DNA of 60,497 nt, the filler included, from Asterionella formosa (lineage: Eukaryota): assembly GCA_002256025.1 (NCBI GenBank). It is 4 parts of 4 records of this genome, joined end to end, with 100 filler letters (N's around TTAATTAATTAA, not from the genome) between each part and the next. Parts side by side here need not be neighbours in the genome. Positions count along the whole stretch, not along the records: positions 1 to 15,065 come from NKIB01005617.1; 3 more parts are not named here. One strand, 5' to 3'. Below are positions 1 through 10,509 of this stretch, one piece after another. The position numbers were made by a program, and so were the translations under genes. Position 1 is the stretch's first letter, and each line of letters starts with the position of its first letter. A model generated the notes under the pieces. It saw only the letters and a program-made list of their open reading frames with translations. It ran no database searches and was not told where the DNA came from.

Positions 1-1
1 T

Positions 2-3000
2 GGTCCTGTGGAAGGTACAACGAACCACCAAAAAGAAGAGAAATTTTACAGGACCAGTGGAAATAAATTAGATCTCAATACTGGATATATTCTACCAGAT
101 TCAAAAGAAAGGAATACGTCCCCCCGGGTTGTGACCCTGGCGTCGCTCTTTCGACTCAAAGAAGAAGAGGTTACTGAAACCATACATGATGTGATAATAA
201 AAGATATAATTGAATCGACGCGTAAGAATCAAAAGTTTGCTAACAAAACATCGTTTGAAATCGACGCACCAAATGGTGGGATGGTCAAGAATCCTATGTT
301 ATCCCACATGGAACGCAATGCCGATTGGACGGAACCGAAGGCCGGACAGCAGTTGGATTCCAGTTCAGTCTCTGTAGGTAGCGAGGGCTCAAGCGATATA
401 AGTGGCCATGTTAATGACGATGTAAGTTTCGGAGGAGACGATCTCAACACACTAGAGATGGATCACTTTCAATTTGCCGAATCACACCATTTGGAGTTGA
501 CCGACGACACAAACGCGGCGTGTCAGCTATCTACTTTAAATCGAGAATCATTAGAGGAGCTGAACGATTTAGATCACGCCGAGGCGGTTCTTAACATATT
601 CCAAGATATGTTGGATCAGGCGGAGCGAGAAGGACAACTGCAATTACAGGCTATAGATTGGAGAATTGAAATGGGATCCTTACCATCCTTGGAATCCGCG
701 GTACCTTCTATAGATAGCTTATCTGATCACGAAGACGACTTCTCCGAGGATGGAAAGGCACTATTTGAATTCATGGGAATATTCCTAGATGAGTACGAAG
801 AAGGGTTAAAGTTGCGAAAAGCAAAAACTGTGTTTGAACTCTTTCAATGGTCGGAAAAGAAGAACGTGGATGATGTGTTTGAACCGAAGAAGGAAGAAAG
901 AAAAAATTTAAACGGCGTCATTATGGCAAAGGAGGACCCGAAGGGTATTGGGCGCCTATCAAATCCATTTCCTACACCAAGTCTATTTGCTGTGTCAATG
1001 GATTCAATTGAATCGAATCACCTTGTTAATGGATCCGATGGATTAGAAATTCAATCCTCTAGTTCCTGGGACAAGGTGAACATCGAACAACGTGTTATGT
1101 CGAATAGGTCGGTCTCGATTCATGATGGAAAGCAAAATCTCGAGGGGAAGATGACAGGAAGGCAAATCATTCATGATGGGGAATGGCAGATCCCAACAAT
1201 TGCTGTGACCACGTCTGCTTCAGAATCCGTTGTGACTGCAGGCCGTCGATCGATACTGAACCTCTCGTCCCAACAATTATCAAGTGTAAAAGCACATTAT
1301 GATCTCGTTGAACCAAGACTGGTCAAAGTGCACTCACGAGGAGCCGAAGCAAGCTCGAAAATACCAAAATTTTCGATTCGTCAAACGACAAAAGGAGCCA
1401 CCTTGAACAACGTCGCGACTGCATCAAGCTCACATATTACAATGGATCCTATGAATCAAGATTCGGAACCAGTGCTGTCAAGACAGATCAACCGCCGCGG
1501 TAGCTTTGCTACATCTAAACCAAGGGAAAGTAGGAAAGTTGAAATCAAAGATCACGAGTCAAACTCAATTCAACGGGGTCAACCCTTTCAACCAGTAGAG
1601 TTGTCGAAAAAAGTGAAAACTCAAGACTCAGCGATGGACTTGACAAACGAATCGCTACATCGAGAGCTAGAGGTCGAATTGAGAAAACACGATGATTCAA
1701 AGGAAGATCTGAATTTCAAGGCGAAGTTGTTGTCATATCGGAAGATTCAGAATGTCGTGGTTGAAACAAATGCGATTAAAACCCCCACCAAGCAGCAACC
1801 CAAATTGAATATCAGCCAATATAATGAAAAATGTGAGAATCATCAGATGAAATCGCAACCATTGGCCACGCAGAAAGTGCTGGACGTACTGATGTTAAGG
1901 AAATTAAATCTCGATATGACACAGACAGATCCAAAGGTACGAGTAAGTAAAATAGCTACAGCCACATGGGACCAGGATCTCTCCCTAGCTGCGAAAGAGA
2001 GTAAACTGAATGCTTTTAAAATTAAGCCTCAAAGTATTTTTCTCAAGTCGATGCTGCCTTCGTCGCCAACCACATTCAACAAACAAAGTGAAAACGAAAC
2101 CGTGGAGGTCAAGGAACTAACATCGAAAACAACCGAATATGAATCCTTGAGTGCTGATGGTCAATCGCAGCCAGCGCCAGCTATTGCACCGAAAACTATA
2201 GAAAGTTCGATCGAACCGAAGAGAAACGAGCAAGATTCGAAATTAAGCAGTTCCATTTCCCTTACGGCAGAGAAAAGGAGGGCACAATTAAGATTGCGAC
2301 TGGCAAAAATGGACAGCATACTATTTGGGGCCGATTCGAAAAGTGGTAAGGGGGAAAAGCTTGAAAAATCAAATCTACAGAAGACGCCGAAAGTCGACCT
2401 GAACCTTGATCCACTAAATATAATGCCGCTTTCGAAAGCGTCGAAACCAGCGATAGCAACAAATGTCAAATCTGGAAAGCGACGAAGTGAGAATGATGAG
2501 GCGATACAACCCATTATCGAAGGATTTCTCAGAAATGAAATCTCTTCGCAGCCAGCTGCGGTGAAGAAGGAATCGCCATTGCAGAGCGGCATAAACATCA
2601 ACAACAGCACAAAGTTGATTATAAGCAAAACAGTGAAAGATATGATGGGCCTGAAACAAGGAGGTCGATCTGAGGAGGTAAATACCACACAAGATTCCTC
2701 AGCGAGTAAAGAAGTCCTTCGAGAGCCATTCTCAATTGCGAAAGAACCTTCTTTGAAACGAAAGGTACGGAAGAGGATAGACCATAAAGCTAGGAACTTT
2801 ATCATGGAGGACAAGGTTGGCCAAAAGCAAACTCAACACAGAAATGGGCTTTTAGCATCTTTATACAACACAGCATCCACTGATAAAACAAAGCTAGAAA
2901 CGATAACAAAGGAATCGCAAGGGAGCAGAATTTATGACTCGGAGGAGGTCTTCCATGTCAGTTGCGCCATTGAGCATGAGCTCCGGGAGTCCAATGACAT

Positions 3001-3934
3001 GTGCTGTCCAGAACAGGTGAAGGGACCAAAGAACAATGGCGTGGACGACCTCACAGAACCCGATCACTTCAAACATTCAAGAAAACGCAACAGTGTAGCT
3101 AACGAGGTACAAGGGAATTTCTCGTTAGAGATGGAAGAAGAGAGTCTGGACCCCATATTTTTGCTTGTAGTGGCGAAGGGGAGCATGGAACTAAAGGAAA
3201 AGAATATAAAGAAATGCCAAACTTTGGAGAGAGCCCTCACTGCAGATGAAAGTCTCCATTCCAGGAATGAGGCTAAGAAGCAATCCGGATTTAGAGATGG
3301 GCCCAATGTGGCAGATTTCACTTCCCATTCTCGAGCTACTCAAAGTAGTAAAGAGCATAAGAAGTCAAAAAGGAAAATAGAGGCATCAGATATTAGCTCA
3401 AATGCCCAGATAAGGAAAAACGACAGTCTGGTAAAAATAAGGAAGGATGCTATTACCTCAGATTATCAAAGAGGTATGACTCCGCCCCCTACCATTGAGT
3501 CAAATGAGGTTACTCATGAATCAGACTCCAAGAAAGCCATGTCGTCAAAGCCTTCATCAGTTTCCAAGGAGAAAAGGGTTGTTGCGGAGACACAGAGATC
3601 GCGCGCAAGCTCAGTTCCCCAAGCAATGGTACGACCCTTACTTCATGATGAAAAAAGTCAGACTGCTTCATCGGACTTAGACAATCCAAGTAGTTCTACA
3701 CAAGGAAGGAGCATATCTCCAAATAATATTGGATCAGCAGCAAAATATCGCTCCGTGAAGAGTAATTTGACAACAAGGAGTATCGCAAGCAAAAGCAGCA
3801 GTCATCAAACACCAACAAGACAGAACAGTGAAGACAGCATTGATGTGTCCCCACCAATATTCCGGAAGGCACCATCCCGGAAAACTAACAACAACACCCA
3901 CTCAAGAAACATCCAGGAGATGAAAAGCAACTGA
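2..3934 (+). CDS. Large Ser/Lys/Glu-rich, probably disordered protein of unknown function; 5' end runs off the segment
   Basis: Uninterrupted ORF of about 1310 codons, open from the window start (the track start at 8 is GTG). No recognisable domain. Confidence 0.8.
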   Translation, partial: GPVEGTTNHQKEEKFYRTSGNKLDLNTGYILPDSKERNTSPRVVTLASLFRLKEEEVTETIHDVIIKDIIESTRKNQKFANKTSFEIDAPNGGMVKNPMLSHMERNADWTEPKAGQQLDSSSVSVGSEGSSDISGHVNDDVSFGGDDLNTLEMDHFQFAESHHLELTDDTNAACQLSTLNRESLEELNDLDHAEAVLNIFQDMLDQAEREGQLQLQAIDWRIEMGSLPSLESAVPSIDSLSDHEDDFSEDGKALFEFMGIFLDEYEEGLKLRKAKTVFELFQWSEKKNVDDVFEPKKEERKNLNGVIMAKEDPKGIGRLSNPFPTPSLFAVSMDSIESNHLVNGSDGLEIQSSSSWDKVNIEQRVMSNRSVSIHDGKQNLEGKMTGRQIIHDGEWQIPTIAVTTSASESVVTAGRRSILNLSSQQLSSVKAHYDLVEPRLVKVHSRGAEASSKIPKFSIRQTTKGATLNNVATASSSHITMDPMNQDSEPVLSRQINRRGSFATSKPRESRKVEIKDHESNSIQRGQPFQPVELSKKVKTQDSAMDLTNESLHRELEVELRKHDDSKEDLNFKAKLLSYRKIQNVVVETNAIKTPTKQQPKLNISQYNEKCENHQMKSQPLATQKVLDVLMLRKLNLDMTQTDPKVRVSKIATATWDQDLSLAAKESKLNAFKIKPQSIFLKSMLPSSPTTFNKQSENETVEVKELTSKTTEYESLSADGQSQPAPAIAPKTIESSIEPKRNEQDSKLSSSISLTAEKRRAQLRLRLAKMDSILFGADSKSGKGEKLEKSNLQKTPKVDLNLDPLNIMPLSKASKPAIATNVKSGKRRSENDEAIQPIIEGFLRNEISSQPAAVKKESPLQSGININNSTKLIISKTVKDMMGLKQGGRSEEVNTTQDSSASKEVLREPFSIAKEPSLKRKVRKRIDHKARNFIMEDKVGQKQTQHRNGLLASLYNTASTDKTKLETITKESQGSRIYDSEEVFHVSCAIEHELRESNDMCCPEQVKGPKNNGVDDLTEPDHFKHSRKRNSVANEVQGNFSLEMEEESLDPIFLLVVAKGSMELKEKNIKKCQTLERALTADESLHSRNEAKKQSGFRDGPNVADFTSHSRATQSSKEHKKSKRKIEASDISSNAQIRKNDSLVKIRKDAITSDYQRGMTPPPTIESNEVTHESDSKKAMSSKPSSVSKEKRVVAETQRSRASSVPQAMVRPLLHDEKSQTASSDLDNPSSSTQGRSISPNNIGSAAKYRSVKSNLTTRSIASKSSSHQTPTRQNSEDSIDVSPPIFRKAPSRKTNNNTHSRNIQEMKSN

Positions 3935-4079
3935 TTGCCAAAGTCTGTCAATGAGTCCAATGCAATGGTGCTGACTGGCTTTTGATGACTAGTTGAATGA
4001 CAATAATAGAAATACATCATTCCATTTTTGGTTGATACACTGTGCCTTGTCTAATGTGGCTTCATAGCATCTGTGTTCT

Positions 4080-6765
4080 TGTTAGATGGATAGCCAACAA
4101 TCAAACCCATAGTTTTTCCAGAACATCAAATGATGGTAATATCTGACCAAAATGCTGTTATTTGCTCCTTAACTCCTGGTTTGCTTTTGCCTTGAACAGC
4201 CATTTCATTAGATGATCAAAGTACACTGGTGGAAGGTAGGTAATTCTCGTTAAGGAGTAACATAAGTTCTAATTCAATTGGATGCATGTTTAGTGAATGT
4301 TTACTTGGAAGTTGAAATTGAGGAGGAAGGGGCATTTACATTGCACTTTCAGGGAGAAAGCCAGTGTGATCATGGAATTCTGTATACTGCATGGTTTTTG
4401 CATTCAATCCTTGGAGAGTCTTAAGTCTCAATTGTTTGTCTTGTTGCGACTGAATATTGTTATAAACAGAGCAAATCATCACTGTCATCATGAAATGGAT
4501 GATTATGGCCGCTTGATTCAAAGATAGGACACATAATCTCTTGTCTACTCTCCCTAAATGCTGCAGTTACAATGCCATTAATTACTTTCCTTGAATGATT
4601 TGATGCACTACCGCAAAACATAGTTTCATTATGTATTCCAAGAACTTGATAATTCTTGCATTCAATGTTGACAGTGACCATATGCATAAAAACTCGGTTG
4701 CTACGATTTTGATTGTGAGACTCAGGTGGGGATTTGTATTTCCAAAATTTGTAGTTACACAGATAACACCATTGCACTGTCTGCAAAGACACTGCAAATT
4801 CAAAATTATGAAAAAGTCAGGATATGAACAGGATAGAATGAAAATGAATCAATAATAATAAATTTGGCATCACTCCAATATGCTGTGCTGGACAATACAG
4901 AGTCATGAAATTATCACTCCACCATAGTAGTGAGAATGGAGGAATACATACAGGCAGCACTACGTATAAAGCAGCGTCAATGTTTTTTGATAGAAAAATT
5001 CAAATCTCCTTAACATTTATGGTATGGTTTGCATTTTTGAAGTCTCACTTACTATATTTATCATGTAACTAAGTATGCATTGGATTCTATTAGATCCATT
5101 CAAAATCAACATTGTCATCAATGTCCTGCTGATTAATGTGGTCAGTGTAATCAATATTCTTCTCAGGAACATTTGGTTGGTTGGGTTCAACATATTGATG
5201 CATATCCTCTTCACTTATATTGGGAAATGAGAAGTATGATTGTGGGTAGATGATATTTGTGGTGGAAGTAGCAACTCCACTAGGATTCCTTCCATATTCA
5301 GATCGACTCTTTTGTGAAAGTCCTCTGTAGATATGCTTATAATAAGCAAGTAAATCATTAGTCCATTGATCAGTGAGACCATTTGAAACTGACCTTTCTT
5401 CCCTCACACTTTTTTTGATAAGTGGTTTCTCACCAATGTCGACAAATCAGTAGTATGACAAATATCGTTCTCTGACATTTCGTGGGTATCTGGATTGAGA
5501 CCCAAATATTTTGGTTGCAATCGGAATTTTCCTTTCAGCACCAAGAAGCAAAACGCTTCTGTACTGGCATTAATCAGCAAACAAACAAAACGTGATTGCA
5601 ATTCACACTGTGCCTGATGACTGAGTTGAAAATTGGTCACACCAGATTTGTCTCCTGCTAGAAATGATTCTCCACAGCTTGTCCTGCCTATAAAATACAC
5701 TGGAGCAAGAACATCATGTCAGACTTGGCGTCCTTGGCTTCCCCTACCCTGTCAATGTCCTTTGACTGCGCAAAACGATAATGCATGAATGCCCACCTAA
5801 TCAAGTCATCAATATCCGTAGTTTGGAAGTTAGCTATATTCTGTTAGACCAGCTGGTGTGTCATGAATTATGTTAGCATTTTTAAATTGAAACATATTTG
5901 ATAAGAATACAATCAGCCACCGACTCAAAACATCATGCTTTCAGAGCATTTCCCGCCCTGCAAGAACTTACCTAAGATTCCTTTAAATTGATTATTCAAT
6001 ACATTCTGACATTCTCTCAACTTTTTAATGCACATGCCACCAAATGTTGATTTGATGTAATCTAACATGCCTTGTTGGTTAATGCCTTTCATACTACTTG
6101 GACCAGATGTGGCAGGATGTTTGATTCCCTTTTGGGACCAGAAAAAAGCACATTTGATTGATATTCTGCCTGTTTTACAGTACCTGCAATTCACGAACTG
6201 TAACATCAAACTTACATGTCCACAGCAAAAATTCTTGGTCTTGAAGATAAAACTCACAACCTTTGTGACAATTGATGGTTCAATTTGAGCTAAAGCGGGA
6301 ATGCCGTTCTGATAAGGCTGCTGAAATTGAAGATTCTTGATAACCACATATGGAAGAGTTTCAAACCGAATTACGATCTTTGTAGTGATTGAGTTCATTG
6401 ACCAATTGATAATATCTTTTGGCAAGCAAGTGCAAAGTGTTTTTCCTTAGTTTTTCGTGTACTTGTTGGTGGAACCATGTCTTCCATATGCATGCGGGAG
6501 TTATTAATGGTATAGTCGACAAGAGCCATTTTTGTAGCAACAACTGAAGATGAAAAATCATCATCGCTTTCAGTATCAATGAGGGGATCCTGTGTAGCTG
6601 ATGTTTTCCCGATGAATGGTGGGGTATTACCCCAAATAACTTCCTGTTGCTGATTGGGTTCCTTTGGATTATCGCTGATTCGATTTTGGTACTTGCTTCT
6701 TTGTTCCATACTGGCAGTATTTGCCACATGTCGCTTGCTTCCGTGAACCTCCTATGGCTTTTCAA
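4080..6765 (-). pseudogene. Fragmented coding-like remnant, probably transposon-derived
   Basis: Chain of overlapping minus-strand ORF pieces (6395-6727, 5925-6425, 5404-5700, 5090-5407, 4460-4792) with protein-like composition, broken by stops and frame changes. Confidence 0.35.
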
Positions 6766-6977
6766 GACATTGTACTATTAGGTAACCGTTGTCCTTTTCA
6801 AAAGTTAAAATCAGGTGTTGTTACAATGAAATGAATCATGAGCCACTACGTATAATATTTTACGCTGTCTAGATACAATAACATAAGACCAACAGTGCTA
6901 TTTGCATTATCACATTTAAAATCAGAACCGAGTTTGAGTAATTGCATATCTTGCTCTCAATATTACAATCACACTAG

Positions 6978-7295
6978 CCTGAAACTATGATGATTTTACT
7001 GTCCCACTTCAGTAGCAACAGTCCTGAACATATGGTGTTCTGTTGCTCACTTACTACTCCGAGTACCAGTATATCACTTCCTAGATTTGCTGACCCGATG
7101 CAGTAGCAACAGTCCTGAACATATGGTGTTCTGTTGCTCGTTTACTACTCCGACTACCCCCTTTCAATTTTACAATCATATGATCCTGAAACTATGATAA
7201 TTTACTGTCCCACTGCAGTAGCAACAGTCCTGAACATATGGTGCTCTGTTGCTCGCTTCCTACTCCGACTTCCCCCAGTATATCACTTCCTACTA
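6978..7295. repeat. Three imperfect tandem copies of a hairpin-containing unit
   Basis: CAGTAGCAACAGTCCTGAACATATGGTG(T/C)TCTGTTGCTC starts at 7010, 7101 and 7216; each has an AGCAACAG/CTGTTGCT stem. Confidence 0.9.
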
Positions 7296-7384
7296 CCTTC
7301 TACTGGTACTCTGTATACATATGATAAAATGTTATGATCATATGATGTACACAGCATGTAAATTGCATCATCACTCCCACCAAT

Positions 7385-8962
7385 TGAGGGGCTTAAATAA
7401 TTAAGTTACCAAAACCTTGTGTATAAATATTGATACAAATGGGTTGCTACTTCCGCTAATTGAATGGCCTAAATAATAAGAAACAACTGATGTAGAAAGT
7501 AGAAAATATTGATGCAAACAATTTTCAGAAACAGTACCAGCACACGAGGTCATGGAAAACAATGGACATATCATGCATTGAATATTTTCGAATTATGTAT
7601 ATGCAAATATGATCATCATGGGTTCTACAAGACATGCCATATTGAGAGCGCTTTTGAATTTATAAATGTATGACACTTGATATATGTATATTTTCACAAA
7701 TTTTATAGCCTTACACATGGCAGATATATTGGATATCGTTCTGACATGTTAACAAACAATACCTGTTTTGTGAAAAGAAATGTTGTAGTAACATTTGGCA
7801 AAAGAAAGTTTACGAAATACCTAAAGACATTGTGGCTTCGACACATTGCGCCTTCGAAAGATGGAGTATGTTTAAGGTAATGAAGCCATCAATGTGCTAC
7901 ATGGATGACAATCGTTGGGAGGACAAATCAAAAAGTAAACTAAACATACGTTTCCTTTCTTCTCAGTTGATTCAATAGCTGATTTCGCTTGTTGGGGAGC
8001 ACCAAGAATGTGAAACAAAACAAAATTGGTAAGTGCTCTTGTTATTGGACCTATTCAATACTGCTGGAACATAAATGACGGACATGTTTACCTTCTTTCA
8101 AAGTTAAGCTATCGAAAATGAATCGCTAAGTTTTATTTGACAACATTGGATACCTGAAACTTACTTTTTCAAGAATTGACTGACAATTTACTATTACAGA
8201 CATATGCATCAGTTGCTTTGATTTGTGGTAAGTGAAACAAGAGGATACGATGGAATTGCGTGATGTTGTGTCAGTGTAACACGACTAGCTAACAAGTCAT
8301 TCCTTCTCATTGTTACCGTAACTGCATAGCTAGGACAATAAAACCAATCAAACAACGGAATAGTCGGCGAGTTCAGAGTGGCACTAACAGCAGGGAAAGA
8401 GACGCAACATTACGCACTGCCTGGCAATTGATTCAGAATAGAGGAAGAAAAGGGCAAGACAGGAATATAGATTGAGACGAGTGGAAAGTAAAAGAAACAT
8501 TCCTTGGGTTAGCTAAAGGAACAGAAATAGCATTGCTAAATTTGATAGTTAAATTACAATCCATTTTAATCTATTTTGAACAATTCTTGTGATTAGAAGA
8601 ATTATGATCATGTTTAAGATAGATATATGATGAAAAAATTCACATGATAGCATAGAGTTAAGCTAATTGTAGGATGCGTTGTAGTATTAACTTACATTTG
8701 GCGATCACAAGAAGTGAATATAAAATGAGAAGGTTTATGATATTGATAAGAAATGCTGTTGATCAGTTTGATATACATTGTATGATGATAATGATCTTAT
8801 TATCATTATACTTCAAGTTCGGTAAAATATTAATAAATCATCATAGGTATAGGATACATTGATCATAGTTTTGATCAAAAAACTATTTTCTATGTGAAAA
8901 TCCTGTGCTACTTAGCATAGGATACCCTTGATTCAATATGCATGATACTTGTTATTTGCAGA
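7385..8962 (+). mobile_element. Diverged partial copy (D) of the CGTCTGCAAA-TIR family, right part only
   Basis: Collinear similarity to 11785-13357; ends in CCCTTGATTCAATATGCATGATACTTGTTATTTGCAGA, like the copy A right end. Confidence 0.7.
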
Positions 8963-9796
8963 AGGCATCAACTGTTAATTGATTCGTGACTTCTGTGATC
9001 TGAGATGAGTGTTTGGTGTCTTTGCTGGCATAAGATGGAGTGTGCTTGAAGGTCAGCATTGTCTGTTGTGGAAATTTTGTAGCATCTTTCTGGATGGGTG
9101 CACATCGGATAGGAGCGCTTTTAGTACCTGGCGTAGATCTTCTATAGATTTAGCAGAGTGGCTTGTTTCAATGCTGCAGGGTAGTAGGTGATAATCGGGA
9201 TGCCTGATGCGGTGTTTTCAGGATTGCACATTAGACATTTCTTGCCGGTGTTGTCCGTCATTTCCAACATTACCTTGAGCTGCAGCAAAGTTGAAGGCTT
9301 GGTATCCTACAAAGCAGATGCTGTTGTCAGACCTTATTGATAGCACCTTTACCATGGTTTGGTAGTTTAGCCGTTACTCTACTGGCGCTTATTACGAAAG
9401 CAAAGGTTTTCAGTTCTATTTCAAATTGTGCAAATTCAATTCCTTGGCTTCGCACTGCTGGGAAATCCATCTTTTCTGTTTTATCTAATACCATTAGATC
9501 TTCTATCCTCTGTTTGGTACCAGCCTTCGAGACCGCGAAATAGCTTTTGTGAAATGGCCAACTGATTCGGACGCCATCCAAGCGTTCTAATTTTTATTTG
9601 TCATCGTAGATTTTGGTTTCCTGGAAGGACGATGGTAATGAGGCGCTTGATTGTGCTGTAGATATTGGATTAAGATTTAAAATGTAAATATACATCTATG
9701 TCCTTCTTTTCTGCTCCTTTCATAATTTTGATGTATACTTTTCGCAAAGTGTGAAGGCGAGATAAAGAAGACTACACAAGTACTAAATCAGAGCAG

Positions 9797-10078
9797 CAAG
9801 GAATCCCCTGGTATTACTTGTAAAAATCAACCCAAGTTGTATTTTTCTGTAGGCCTCAAGTATCGTTCTACTGCGGAAAGTAAAATACCTTGACGGTATT
9901 TTTCCGTACTGGATCACGAGAAAATACAGTATTGTACAACAAAGAAAAAATCAACCTGGTTGCATTGATTTTGTGCTCCCTTTTCGGTTGAAAAATCAAC
10001 TCTGATTAGTCGTAGAAATGCCGGGATGTGCGTGATGTTGCATAAAAATATGCACCTGAAGATGGTGGTACCAGGTAC
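9797..10078 (+). repeat. Second copy of the non-coding region upstream of the Crypton recombinase
   Basis: Closely similar to 39840-40110 (CCCTGGTATTACTTGTAAAAATCAACCCAAGTTGTATTTTTCTGTAGGCCTCAAG...). Confidence 0.85.
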
Positions 10079-10509
10079 TCCGCTTACAGACAAGTTCCGG
10101 TAATTTTGCTATACGAGCAGTATCCATACTTTAGTGCTACATATGTCATTGTGCTGGCAATTATGATTCCAATTCCAAATTGATTCATGTGTATCTCTTT
10201 TGATTTTTCATTTAATAAACCACCCGACCACCTGGTTGTTTGGACGGATTGACTGTAACTTTAATCTGATTAAGCCTGCTATATTGAGACCAATCTTTTT
10301 ATTTATTCTGCCAGTTGGTACCAAAGCTAGGATTTGCTTAATGTTTGGCCATTTTGATTAAAGTATAAATTTGCCTTAATGTGTGATGTCATCATTTCAA
10401 CCCAATTGCCATCACAGCCGCATACCTACATAACAATGTAGTTAATGATACAACATACTACCGGTAAACATAAGGTGAAGTAAGCAACAATGTATTGCCC
10501 ATGAGACAT

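Noticed and set aside
2161..2814. 217-aa antisense ORF and similar shadow ORFs inside long genes
   Set aside because: They are antisense shadows of real CDSs with no domain evidence.
7010..7255. CRISPR array
   Set aside because: Only three units, the intervening sequences are homologous to each other and unequal in length, there are no cas genes, and the context is eukaryotic.
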